A DNA stretch of 64,000 nt, taken from positions 2,356,001 through 2,420,000 of the forward strand of contig CATNEN010000001.1 of assembly GCA_950097015.1 (NCBI GenBank), read 5' to 3'. The notes under the pieces are model-generated. The model was given only the letters and a program-made list of their open reading frames with translations, was not told the DNA's origin and made no database searches. Positions 27,901 to 39,962 of the stretch are shown here, piece by piece. The position numbers and the translations under genes were made by a program. Source of the stretch: Macrostomum hystrix (taxonomy: Eukaryota; Animalia; Platyhelminthes). Position 1 is the first letter of the stretch; each line of letters begins with the position of its first letter.

Positions 27901-30679
27901 GGCGGAGGCTCGAAATCAGTCGGCATCTTCGCTGAACCAGAAGCAGAAAAAGTCTTCACAAGAAGAAATCGAAATCCGACAGCTAGGTAGACCAAATTCG
28001 AAAGTGTCGGAAAAGTCCGATGTTTCGTCACTTTTACATAAGCACAATGAGCCGGATGAGCAGTCGGTGCTAAGCTCCATTGGGACCCGAGCACTGAGGC
28101 GTTTTCGTCGATTCTTCCAGCTAATCACGGAGTTCTATGCAATTCCTGCGGTAAAGTTTCGCTACCATGTCGCGGTGCACATTCTGCTGGTGGGCCTCCT
28201 ATCCTACTTTCTACTGATGGATTTTGAGTACGATATAAGTGTCAAAGAAATCATTGTTTATGCCATTCTATCTGGCATGCTACTCGAAGAGATTGGCGAG
28301 ATTGCGCAATACACGGAGCACAATGACATCAAGACTTATTTTCGAAGCAAGTGGAACATGATCGACATTACAGCGCTGAGCTGCGGTACTGTCGGCTTTG
28401 CCATTCGCATCAGCGAGATAAAGTACTCGCAAGAGTGAAGCGGAATGATGCGCGACTTCGAGGATAAGGCCTGGTACATTGCCAGGATTGCGCTCAGTAA
28501 GTGTACTTTTACTTAATGGGTAGTCAGCAACAAATCGATTAAATATTTTATTTTGATGTGGATCAAAGGGTTTTCTTACAGCTATGCCGAGGATTCAACA
28601 TTAAAATTGAAAGACTGCCTAAGAAACCGAAAATTCATCTTTTATTTTGCCCAATTCTCTACGTTTCTATCTTTAGAGTGAATGGCACAGTGTTTGCCTC
28701 TCGCACCAAGGTCCCTGAGCTCGATTCCTATGTGAGGCCGCAGAGAGAAGGCTTGTGGGCTTGTCTTACAATTTCTGTCCTTGAGGGCCAACCTCCAAGG
28801 CACAATGAAAGTGTACAAGTGTACAAGTGTTTACCTGACGATGAGAAAGTCAGGCCAGATGTACACACCTGTGTGAGCGTATGCTTGCGTACAGTATCTG
28901 TGTGCGTGTGTGCTCAGGAGTCAGCGAAACGGGCAGAACCGCCTCCATTGCTGGCTGCAAGGCCTACTGTCAACAAATGATGATGTGCTAGTGCCTGCAA
29001 GCCTCCTGTTATCATCATCATAATCATTATTGTGACTATCATTAAACGTCTGTATCTAGTCTGACGCCTATGTAACAAAGTTAGCAAAAAATTAGCAAAA
29101 ATCATTCTGTAGCTACACCAGTCAGACAGACTGCACAACTTGCTATTGAGTTATTCAGCAAAATAATAATAAATATAGCAGTGTGTCGACAGATTCGAAA
29201 TAGCGGGTAATATAGACGAAAAGAAAGACAGTCAGACATTTTCAGAAAAAAAATGTTGTCATTTTGTGGTTCATTTCTTAGCTTCCAAACCCAAAACTTT
29301 GCAGCAGAATGTTTAGAGAAGGTTTTATTGTAAGTTTCTGTCTAGACTCTAGATGTTTACATGTTCAAGAGTTCGAGACAACGCTAAATTCACGAGCGAA
29401 AACTTTCAGCTAACTGTAAACAGCTACGAGCGTATAGTGAAGTAATATCAACCCCATTGCAGGCATCTGCTGCACCCTGTACTGGATCAGGCTTCTGTAC
29501 ATCTCCACTGTATTGGAAAACCTCGGCCCCAAGCTGAAGATGATTGCCAAAATGATAACCAAGGATCTGCTGCCTTTCCTACTCATCCTGTTTATCTTCA
29601 TCCTGGGCTTCGGTGTGCTCATGCACAGCTTGCTCTACCCCAATGGTTTCAGGGCCTGGAACTACGGACAGCTGAACAAGGTTCACGTGCTGCTGGGCAT
29701 GCTGAAGATTTGCTTCTACAGCATGGTTGGAGAGTACAGCCTGGACACTATCATGGGCGATGAGTCATGCGAGCAGGTGTACGAAGGCCGGCTCAATAAT
29801 ACCATCAATTGTCCGCACCACTTTGGCAGGTGAGTGAATATTCAAAATTCCATCTTACGTTAGCTCGTACACATCAAGATTCAACGATTAGCATTAATGA
29901 TAAAAATCGCTCGTCAAACCCGCAGATACCTTGTGCCCTATCTAGTCCTACCGCTCTACGTGATTGTCACCGAGATTCTACTTTTGAATCTAATCATCGC
30001 CATGTTCAGCAAGACTATAGAGACCATCGACTCGCGCAGCAAGGGCCTTTGGCAGTTTGAACGCTACGATCTGATCGAAGAGTTTGAGACTCGCTCCAGT
30101 CTGCCGCCTCCTTTGAACGTTTTCGACCTGATTCGCAAGCTATTCCTACTGGTTCGTCGCTACTGCCGACGCCTGTGCCACAAGAACTGCTGCCGCTATA
30201 CAGCGAACGGTTCTGGTCCGTCCAGGTCGTTCCGGCAGAAACTGGTGACGCAATTCCTGTTGTTTCAGGCGTTTGGACTGCGCAACAGTCGCGAGGAGAT
30301 GATGCGGCAGTGCCTGCCGAAGCAGGAGACAGAAGCTGATGCCATGCTGGAGAAAGTGCGGGACATTGTCGAGACGGAAGTGACGCGGTTGCTAAGCACT
30401 GGCTCAGCCACCGGTGGCAGCGAGGGCCTCGCTGAAGACGCTCAAGACGCTCTCCCAAGCATCGCGTTAAACACGCTTCTGGAAGCCGCACCTCCGCAGC
30501 CAACAACACCGCCACCGCCGCCACCACCGCAGCCTTCGCAAAGTCAAGCAGGTCCACCGAAGTTTCCAACAACTAGTCGATCACTAGACTGTCTGGCAGA
30601 CGAAGGCGGTGGAGTTGCTGGCAGCGGACCAGCTGGCCGTGTCAGACGTCACGTGCAACTGCGGGAGCTAATCAAGTAG
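24904..30679 (+). CDS. TRP cation channel copy 2 (ankyrin plus TRPM-like), ~1357 codons with one in-frame TGA at 28436-28438; exons 24904-25660, 26301-28496, 29463-29829, 29926-30679. Recoded gene, recent pseudogene/null allele, or sequence error.
   Basis: Colinear with copy 1 with the same three intron positions and phases. The frame continues past the TGA as SGMMRDFEDKAWYIARIAL up to the donor at 28497. Confidence 0.85.
25816..26108 (+). mobile_element. SINE family A copy in intron 1 of channel copy 2
   Basis: Homologous to 2077-2245 (ACTTGAAGGT.GGGGGTTC, CTCTGCATTG.TTCAGTTCA.CAGCT, GGGTACCAGC). Ends TCTGACCCAATCAGGGCAGGT..(TTA)n; the same 3' motif occurs at ~22440-22460. Confidence 0.7.
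28678..29040 (+). mobile_element. SINE family B copy in intron 2 of channel copy 2
   Basis: Colinear with 15152-15510. Confidence 0.75.
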
Positions 30680-31907
30680 GGAGCGATCAAATGCTGGCTG
30701 ACGAGCTGGTTCTCCAGCTTGTGAACTCAGTAAACGTCTATTTATCAGCTGGGGTCATAAATGACAAATCGTTATTTTCTTAACGTTTTAAGCTAGTCGT
30801 CAATTTTTCAGAGATCTTAATTATTCAGAGAATACAGATTTGTAAGTACGAGTATTTACTTACAAAAATGTGCTTTTATGAGTTAAAGAAACTGACGTAT
30901 AATTTTTTCATCTCTTAGAAGTCGTTAACATTTGACTAATTCCTGCTTTGCAGACTATAGTCATCATCATGTATACGAACCATATGATACAAGACTTTAA
31001 TGTAGGCCGATTAAACTGAACGCAAGAAGCAACTAAAGAAGAAACTAAACTGTTGCAAAAAGCAAGTTTAGGTTTGCTAATCATGGATATTTAACAGCTT
31101 CATTTAACAATTGCTGTTCCCGTATGATTATTGACGAAACAATTTACTTCGTGTTTCTCATTGTTTGTAGTGGTTGAGCACCTCATATTGGCTTCTTATT
31201 TCGCATTTAAGATCCAAATTGTAAATTAATAAACGCAACAAAAATTTGATGAGGAAAATAATCGACTGTATGCGTCTTTACTACTTTTTGTAGCCCAAGC
31301 GAGTAGTCCGACGAGAATGTTAACCAGTTTTAAAAAGATAATTTTAAAGTAAAAAGTATTGTAGTCATTTTGTTTTAACACGCTTTTATATGCTGTGTGT
31401 AGCCATTTTTGTTCTATAAAATAAACATTTAAATACAACTTTAACCAAATTAGTGCTTGAATATTTCAGCTTTTTGTTTCAACTTTCGTTTGCCAAGCTT
31501 TTATTACTCTTACATGTAAACTACGTGTGTTGATTGCTTTTACTGCAAATTCAGAATTGTGTGTAACCACTGTGCTACAATAATATAACTTCATGCAATT
31601 TTAACATTTTAGTAAACTCGTTAATAATGTTGCACAATTAATGTCAATATTGTCAACTTTTGTCAGTGTCAGGTTCGCAAAATCCAAACGTTAGAGCGTT
31701 TGTGACGCTCCAGAGATTAATGCCTGTACGAATTTATACATCTACTAAATGCGTATTTGTTTATCTGTGACAGCGTTTTATGGCCAAGGCAATCGACCTA
31801 CAGGAAAACGCTATTAAATCTCATACTTAAGCACGTAGACGAGAAACTAACAGTATCTTTTCCGTGTAGATAATCGTTTCTATATTTATAGCAACGTTCA
31901 GATAGAT

Positions 31908-32259
31908 CAGGGGTCGGCAAACTTTTTAGCGAGCGGGCCACGGAGAGAACCTATAAGGACGACAGCGGGCCGTATTAACTGTAGGAATATGAGAAAGGGG
32001 AGAGATGAGAAATGGGAGAGATGAGACTCCGGATAGACGAGACAGGTGAGGATTGAGCCAGAGATGAGAATAGATAAGACTGGAGAGACGGGAGACACGG
32101 CAGCTAGAGATGAGACAGGGGAGAGATAATTAGACACAGGACAGATAAGACACTAGAGAGATGAGACAGGATACTATAGGTGGTGGAAGGGGCAACGGGC
32201 CAGATTTAGGGGCTACGAGGGCCGCATCTGGCCCGCGGGCCGGAGTTTGCCGACCCCTG
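31908..32259 (-). mobile_element. hAT-type MITE copy 1 (352 bp)
   Basis: TIRs CAGGGGTCGGCAAACT / AGTTTGCCGACCCCTG; 8-bp TSD AGATAGAT; inverted relative to copies 2 and 3. Confidence 0.9.
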
Positions 32260-32749
32260 AGATAGATGTTAACCACCTTAAATATTAATCTCAACATGCA
32301 CAAGTAATTATATTTTACCTGCAATACTGTAAGAATCAGTTCAAACTAGTCTCCCCAGACTGAATAGCCGCGGCTGTATCACTGGGTGTACATCTAACCA
32401 ATATTTTCAGGCCCTGAAGTTCTAAGGCGTAATTGCTGTCTATAAATTATGCCTACTGCCATCCGTAGCATAGCTGCATAGTCAAAAAAAAATAACGCAA
32501 AATCAGACTCATTTTTTGCTAATTATTTGATTTTTTCGATATTGCATCTCTTTTAAACAGGAAAGCATAAAATAAATGTATGTATATACAAGTGTGTACA
32601 ATCTAGGAGATTCGAATTCATTAAAAATATGGCTAATCACAAAAGTGCATCAATAAGCAAAGTAAAAATCTCCAATTAAAATAATGGCACTACTTGCCTC
32701 CTATAGGACAAGTTTATCGACTCTAATTTCGTTGGCTAAGACAAGTCAC

Positions 32750-33182
32750 GTGACTTCACAGAGAAGGCTTGTAAAATGGAGGAATTCCATAGGCTATTCT
32801 AAAAATAGCAACAGATTAATCACCCCAGCCAATGTTTTGCGACTTCTATCTGAGTGGCATGACTTCATAGAGAAGGCTTGTAAAAAATGGGGAATCCCAT
32901 AGGCTAGTCTAAAAATAGCATCATATTAATCACCCCAGCCAATGTTTTGCGACTTCTATCTGAGTGGCATGACTTCATAGAGAAGGCTTGTAAAAAATGG
33001 GGAATCCCATAGGCTAGTCTAAAAATAGCATCATATTAATCACCCCAGGCAATGTTTTGCGACTTCTATCTGAGTGGCATGACTTCATAGAGAAGCTTGT
33101 AAAAAATGGGGAATCCCATAGGCTAGTCTAAAAATAGCATCATATTAATCACCCCAGCCAATGTTTTGCGACTTCTGAGTGG
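32750..33182. repeat. Tandem repeat of ~105-110-nt units (about 4 copies)
   Basis: Repeated GACTTCATAGAGAAGGCTTGTAAAAAATGGGGAATCCCATAGGCTAG..CCCAGCCAATGTTTTGCGACTTCT. Confidence 0.85.
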
Positions 33183-33436
33183 TCCTTGATTTATTACCTG
33201 TCACAGCGAAGCTTTAAAAAAGTTACTGCTTAAAAAAACTAACGAACATGCAGTGGTAGGCAGAAAATCGTTGTAAAAATAGTTTTTTTACTTTTATAGT
33301 TTTTTAGTGGGTAAACGGAACAAAGAGTAAGAAGCATTACTTTTTAGTTCGTTTAAAACCATTTTCACCTATTGAGAATTGCTTTGCTAACATTAACTGA
33401 CTTAAACACACGAATTAGAGGATATGATTGTAGATT

Positions 33437-36400
33437 TTATTTAGCACCAACGGAGAATAGGAACGATAGTCCGGAGCCCGTGCATGAGCCCATCACGGCG
33501 CACATGCTCATAATAGCTCCATGAGTCTCAGCCAGTCCAACGGGAGATTCTTCCGAAGCTCGCATAAAACACAGAGAGAACAGGTAGCCATTGGTTAGGC
33601 CAAACAGGGACACTAGTACTGGCGGTGCCCAGTCCCAGACAAACAGCAGCGGCAGTCTGTTTGTCCGGCCGATACCAGGCGCCGTGCTATAGCACATCAG
33701 GAATAGAGGAACAAATAGTAGACGCAGAAGGGCGAATACTACTAGAGACACTCGCGACCTGCGACAAGCGCCGGGCATCGGCAAGGCGATGGTGAGCAGT
33801 CTGCCTAGCAGGTCGAAACTGTTGAAAGCTAGGAAACAACTCAGCGGAGAATAGAGCAGCCATTCGTCAGAGATGGGTGCCAGTGTGCTCAGCAGGGTTG
33901 GGTACAGGGTTAGGGTGACGGCCAGTACTGTGAAAGCCCCGATACCCGGTCCAGCCAGGTGTCGCCAGGAGGGTGAGAGGCGGCGACGACCCTGTCTGAC
34001 TGAGTCGACGGTGGCTGCTAGGCTCTGCGTCTGCGGCTCCTGGTGGCTGACTGGAGGCCGTGAATCTGTGAGACTCTCGCCTGTGAAAATGATGAGGCAG
34101 ATAACGGATTAACAAGACGTCCAAGGAAGCCGATAAGATTTATCTTCAGTATGAACTGGACTGTACGTTACATTAGATCGCTAATCGTTACATTTAACTT
34201 TGAGTTTGACGTGCACATTTGAACCAACATTTATTTATATTATATATTATAATATAGGGGGTACTAAGTGTCACCAAATGATGTGCCACTGCCCGCAGCC
34301 CTCCTGCAGTTATTATTTTTATTATTCCTTTAAGCCCAGACTCGAACTCGCGACCTCCGCAGCTCCAACCATAGCCGCAACTAGACAGGCACTAATAGAT
34401 TTACCTCTAGCTAGCCGCAGGTTGTAGGCCACAAAGCTGAGCCTTCTAAGCAGCACATAGCCGGCTAGGCACATCAGCAGCAGCAGGGTGGCCAGTAGAA
34501 AGTAAAGAAAGGCTGCAGATTTTGGCCGGCTGCCAATCACCAGGCTGAGCGTGTAGGCAACAGCCGCGATGACACCGCCGGCCGCCTGGCCGAGTGTAAC
34601 GGCATTCGTGTACCGCTTAGGCAGCATGGCAGCCAGGCCGAACAGGGAGCCTTGAATGACAGCGCCGCTGCCGCTCATGAAGGCCACCGAGGCCAGGGTG
34701 GCCCAGAAAAACTCGCGCTGATCTGCGGAATCACAATTTTATCTGTTATTAGAGAGGCCTTGCCGGAACTATTTATCTATAGGGGCTGCGTCCAAGGGGA
34801 TGGTTATTATGGATTCGGGGTCTTCATCGAGACTTATGAGGATTAGGGAGAGTGATGACTGGGATCTAGGAGAGCGATTAGGGATTTGGCAGTGCTATTA
34901 GGGATTTAGGAGAGCGATTAGGGATTTAGGAGAGCGATTAGGGATTTGGGAGAGCGATTGGGTATTAAGGAGAGCGATTGGGGATTTGGGATTAGAAAGA
35001 ACGATTAGGGACTTGGGAGAACCATTAGAGATTTGGGAGATCGCCTAAACTGATTAGGAGAGCGATTAGGGATTTGGGAGAACCATTAGAGATTTGGGAG
35101 ATCGCCTAAACTGATTAGGAGAGCGATTAGGGATTTGGGAGAACCATTAGAGATTTGGGAGATCGCCTAAACTGATTAGGAGAGCGATTAGGGATTTGGG
35201 AGAACCATTAGAGATTTGGGAGATCGCCTGAACTGATTAGGAGAGCGATTAGGGATTTGGGATTAGAAAGAACGATTAGGGACTTGGGAGAACCATTAGA
35301 GATATGGGAGATCGCCTAAACTGATTAGGAGAGCGATTAGGGATTTGGGAGAACCATTAGAGATTTGGAAGATCGCCTAAACTGATTAGGAGGGCGATTA
35401 GGGATTTGGGAGAACCATTAGAGATTTGGGAGATCGCCTAAACTGATTAGGAGGGCGATTAGGGACTTGGGAGAACCATTAGAGATTTGGGAGATCGCCT
35501 AAACTGATTAGGAGAGCAATTAGGGATTTGGGAGAACCATTAGAGATTTGGGAGATCGCCTAAACTGATTAGGAGAGCGATTAGGGATTTGGGAGAACCA
35601 TTAGAGATTTGGGAGATCGCCTAAACTGATTAGGAGAGCGATTAGGGATTTGGGAGAACCATTAGAGATTTGGGAGATCGCCTAAACTGATTAGGAGAGC
35701 GATTAGGGATTTGGGAGAACCATTAGAGATTTGGGAGATCGCCTGAACTGATTAGGAGAGCGATTAGGGATTTGGGATTAGAAAGAACGATTAGGGACTT
35801 GGGAGAACCATTAGAGATATGGGAGATCGCCTAAACTGATTAGGAGAGCGATTAGGGATTTGGGAGAACCATTAGAGATTTGGAAGATCGCCTAAACTGA
35901 TTAGGAGGGCGATTAGGGATTTGGGAGAACCATTAGAGATTTGGGAGATCGCCTAAACTGATTAGGAGGGCGATTAGGGACTTGGGAGAACCATTAGAGA
36001 TTTGGGAGATCGCCTAAACTGATTAGGAGAGCAATTAGGGATTTGGGAGAACCATTAGAGATTTGGGAGATCGCCTAAACTGATTAGGAGAGCGATTAGG
36101 GATTTGGGAGAACCATTAGAGATTTGGGAGATCGCCTAAACTGATTAGGAGGGCGATTAGGGATTTGGGAGATCGCCTAAACTGATTAGGAGAGCAATTA
36201 GGGATTTGGGAGAACCATTAGAGATTTGGGAGATCGCCTAAACTGATTAGGAGAGCGATTAGGGATTTGGGAGAACCATTAGAGATTTGGGAGATCGCCT
36301 AAACTGATTAGGAGGGCGATTAGGGATTTGGGAGATCGCCTAAACTGATTAGGAGAGCGATTAGGGATTTGGGAGAACCATTAGAGATTTGGGAGATCGC

Positions 36401-37290
36401 CTAAACTGATTAGGAGAGCGATTAGGGATTTGGGATTAGAAAGAACGATTAGGGACTTGGGAGAACCATTAGAGATTTGGGAGATCGCCAAACCGGTTAG
36501 GAGAGCGATTAGGGATTTGGGAGATCGCCTAAACTGATTAGGAGAGCGATTAGGGATTTGGGATTAGAAAGAACGATTAGGGACTTGGGAGAACCATTAG
36601 AGATTTGGGAGATCGCCAAACCGGTTAGGAGAGCGATTAGGGATTTGGGAGATCGCCTAAACTGATTAGGGAGAGCGATTGAGGGTTAGGGAGAACGATT
36701 AGGGATTTAGGAGAGCGATTGGGGATTTCATAGAACGATGAGGGATTTGGGAGTTTGGGGATCTGGGAGAGCGATGAGTGCGGAATAAGGATTTGGGAAT
36801 AGACGATAGTTACCATCGTAAGGCACTCACGCATGTCGGTGTCAACCAACACGAAGGCTGTGGAGCAGGTGAACATGACAATCATGAGGATCAGGGCTAC
36901 CACCATTCGACAAGAATTGCTAATCCTACCAGCAGCGGCAGCATTGACTAGTACACAGAGAACCCCTGGCACATTGCTGAACACAGCCAGATTGCTTTCA
37001 AAGGTTTGCCTCATCCAGGCCTCATCCGGCTGGCCAGTGATGGCACTAACGTTTCTCAGCTTAAAATCGAAATAGCTCTTAGCCGTAGTGAAGAAGTTCC
37101 AGGGCAGCAGGGTGCCAATGCCGAGCAGATTGAACAGCAGGAGGGCGGCGTAGAACCTATCAGAGTCCGGGTCTACATCGTGTCTCCGAGGCGACAACAG
37201 CAGAGGCTGGTCATCGTCAGGTGCGTCATTAGCAACATCGGATCTATCCGGTACGGGCTGTTGTGGAATAGTATTCAGAGTGTGCTGCAT
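33437..37290 (-). CDS. Equilibrative nucleoside transporter (SLC29/ENT family), 473 aa; exons 37290-36831, 34722-34405, 34080-33437
   Basis: LGIGTLLPWNFFTTAKSYF, GSLFGLAAMLPKRYTNAVTLGQAAGG, FNSFDLLGR, FGLTNGY motifs; phase-consistent joins (1422 nt). Confidence 0.9.
34845..36790. repeat. Minisatellite with a 61-nt higher-order unit built from ~20-nt monomers, ENT intron 1
   Basis: GGAGAGCGATTAGGGATTTG-GGAGAACCATTAGAGATTTG-GGAGATCGCCTAAACTGATTA repeated; degenerate monomers at both edges. Confidence 0.95.
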
Positions 37291-37574
37291 TACCGAAAGG
37301 TATTAGCTAATATTCAATTTCAAAGACTTTCTGCTAACTTTAAGCTTCAGCTTTGGCTTCGGCTGAAATGTTAAATTCGGTATCGGCGCTGCGAATCTGT
37401 CTCTACGCAGCATATTTCTATTCGTTAGGAGTTGAAAATAGAAACTGAAAGATAATATAAATATACTAGCAAACACTGCATATACGTAGATATGAATTTA
37501 GATATGCATGCAGCTGTTAGCTGTACCTAGAATTCTAATTAGCATAGAATGTGGGAATGTGGGAAAATTTAGAT

Positions 37575-38313
37575 CAGGGGTCGGCAAACTCCGGCCCGCG
37601 GGCCAGATGCGGCCCTCGAAGCTCCCGAATCCGGCCCTTTGCCCCTTCTGACATCTACAGTGTCCTGCTTCATCTTTCTCGTGTCTAATCTCTCCCGTGT
37701 CTAATCTCTCCCGTGTCTCATCTCTCCCGTGTCTAATCTCTCCCGTGTCTCATCGCTCTCATGTCTAATCTCTCCCGTGTCTCATCGCTCTGATGTCTAA
37801 TCTCTCCCGTGTCTCATCGCTCTCATGTCTAATCTCCCCCGTGTCTAATCTCTCCTTTGTCTCATCTCTCCCGTGTCTCATCTCTCCCGTGTCTAATCTC
37901 TCCTTTGTCTCATCTCTCCCGTGTCTGATCTCTCCTGTGCCTTATCTCTCCCGTGTCTCATCTCTCCCGTGTCTAATCTCTCCTTTGTCTTATCTCTCCC
38001 GTGTCTCATCTCTCCCGTGTCTAATCTCTCCTTTGTCTTATCTCTCCCGTGTCTAATCTCTCCTTTGTCTTATCTCTCCCGTGTCTCATCTCTCCCGTGT
38101 CTCATCTCTCCCGTGTCTAATCTCTCCTTTGTCTTATCTCTCCCGTGTCTAATCTCTCCCGTGTCTCATCTCTCCCGTGTCTAATCTCTCCTGTGTCTTA
38201 TCTCTCCCGTGTCTCATCTCTCCCCTATCTCATATTTATACAGTCAATGCGGCCCGCTGTCGTCTTTTAGGTTCTCTCTTTGGCCCGCCAGCAAATAAGT
38301 TTGCCTACCCCTG
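37575..38313 (+). mobile_element. hAT-type MITE copy 2 (739 bp) with an internal 16-nt minisatellite
   Basis: TIRs CAGGGGTCGGCAAACT / AGTTTGCCTACCCCTG; TSD ATTTAGAT. Confidence 0.92.
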
Positions 38314-38774
38314 ATTTAGATCTTTATGGAGGACTGGGAGCTATCGAAAAGTAGGCAGTGGGCTGTTAGTCAAAACACTTATTGCTACCTTTCATAAATA
38401 TAGGATACCGATTTCAATAAACTACTAGAAACAAAAGTAGCCATGTTTAAAAATGAAACTCAGAACCTATAAACTGAAGCTCCTGGTTTCCAGTATTTGA
38501 ATTACTTGAAAAATAAATACACAGAAAGACGAAAACAATAAGTTAATTATAAAGCGAAAACGAACTATCAAGGTTTATGCATGCATTTAATCGAATATAT
38601 TTTATATTAAAATTCAATTTTGGACACTACGACAATAATAAGAAAGAACGTTTGATGCAACTGTTAATCAATGTCATGCCAATCTGAACTAGACTGAAAA
38701 AAACATTGATAAAATGGTTGCTTAAACCAACTAAATAATATATTAAACTCTAATAATCCACATTCCTGATCTAA

Positions 38775-38926
38775 TTATCCACATCTAAATCTAACAATCC
38801 AGATCCCAAATCTAAGAATCCAGATCCCAAGTCTAAGAATCTAGATCCCAAATCTAAGAATCCAGATCCCAAATCTAAGAATCCAGATCCCAAATCTAAG
38901 AATCCAGATCCCAAATCTAAGAATCT
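38775..38926. repeat. 21-nt minisatellite (AATCTAAGAATCCAGATCCCA)n
   Basis: Tandem units. Confidence 0.9.
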
Positions 38927-39962
38927 ACTACTGATTGCACACGCAAGACGTCGTATGGTTGGCTCACACAAACAGTTTTGTTGCGAATGAAATATAGGAT
39001 AAAAAGTCGTGAAAAAACGGCTAATACTTTTCGGTCAGAGAAATGGTATAACAAAGCCTACAGGTAGATAAAAGTAAATAAAGTGGACAAGCGCACAGCA
39101 AACAGTTGCATGCGATTCGATGTGCCAAAAAGGTGCATAGAATAGTAGTTACAAGTGAAGGCTAGAACAGCTACTTTTGCAACTGATTTAAGAGGCCAGT
39201 CAACCAATAAACAAACAAAACAAACAAAGTTTCCGATGTCAAACCGTAAGAAGAATTACAGTAACAAAAATGTGACCAAAGCTGTTTGTTTCGTGTTCTC
39301 TAGACCCTACTTAAAGTAGCGTGATTTGAGCAAAGTCTTACAGAGAGTGTTTTAATCGAACAGAACATGCATAAAACAAATATCCGATATGTATTGAAAA
39401 AAAGATAAATACGATGCTAAAAATAACACAAAATTGTCTAAAGTCGTCGAATTTTCAGAAGGCTTGGAAGATTCTTGGTAAAAAAAGGCGTTTCTTACGA
39501 CACAAACAGAAGACTAGTAATTGCTTTGTTAGAACCATTGTTAAATAAAAGGTTTGCTAAAGCATTTGAGTGATAAAAATAAAACAAAATGACCTGATGC
39601 GATTCACTGCAAACGACGAAGGGTAAATTTTTTGTCGCAGAATCATGCAAAAAGTAAAAAAACTGATGTTAGCCTTGGAAAGGGCAAAACTTTTTCACTG
39701 GTCTTAAAACGAGTCTTTGAAGTTCCCGATATGTATCGAAAAGCTCGTAGCCAAAGCTCAGATAATAATAGAATATGTTCTTCATGCAAATCGTTGCATG
39801 ATTCTGTCATGCAAAAACTATTATATTCACTGGTCTTTTAGGATCTTAAAATTCTTCGACGTTTCCGATATGTATCGAAAAACGAAACTTGTTTGTCCGA
39901 TATGTATCGAAAAACTCGTAGCCAAGGCACAGATAATACTATAATATGTCCTTATTCAGCAA

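Noticed and set aside
28436-28438. Selenocysteine codon or genome-wide TGA=Trp code
   Set aside because: The paralog has Trp rather than Cys, no SECIS was recognised by eye, and TGA is used as a normal stop in the MFS and Myb/SANT genes
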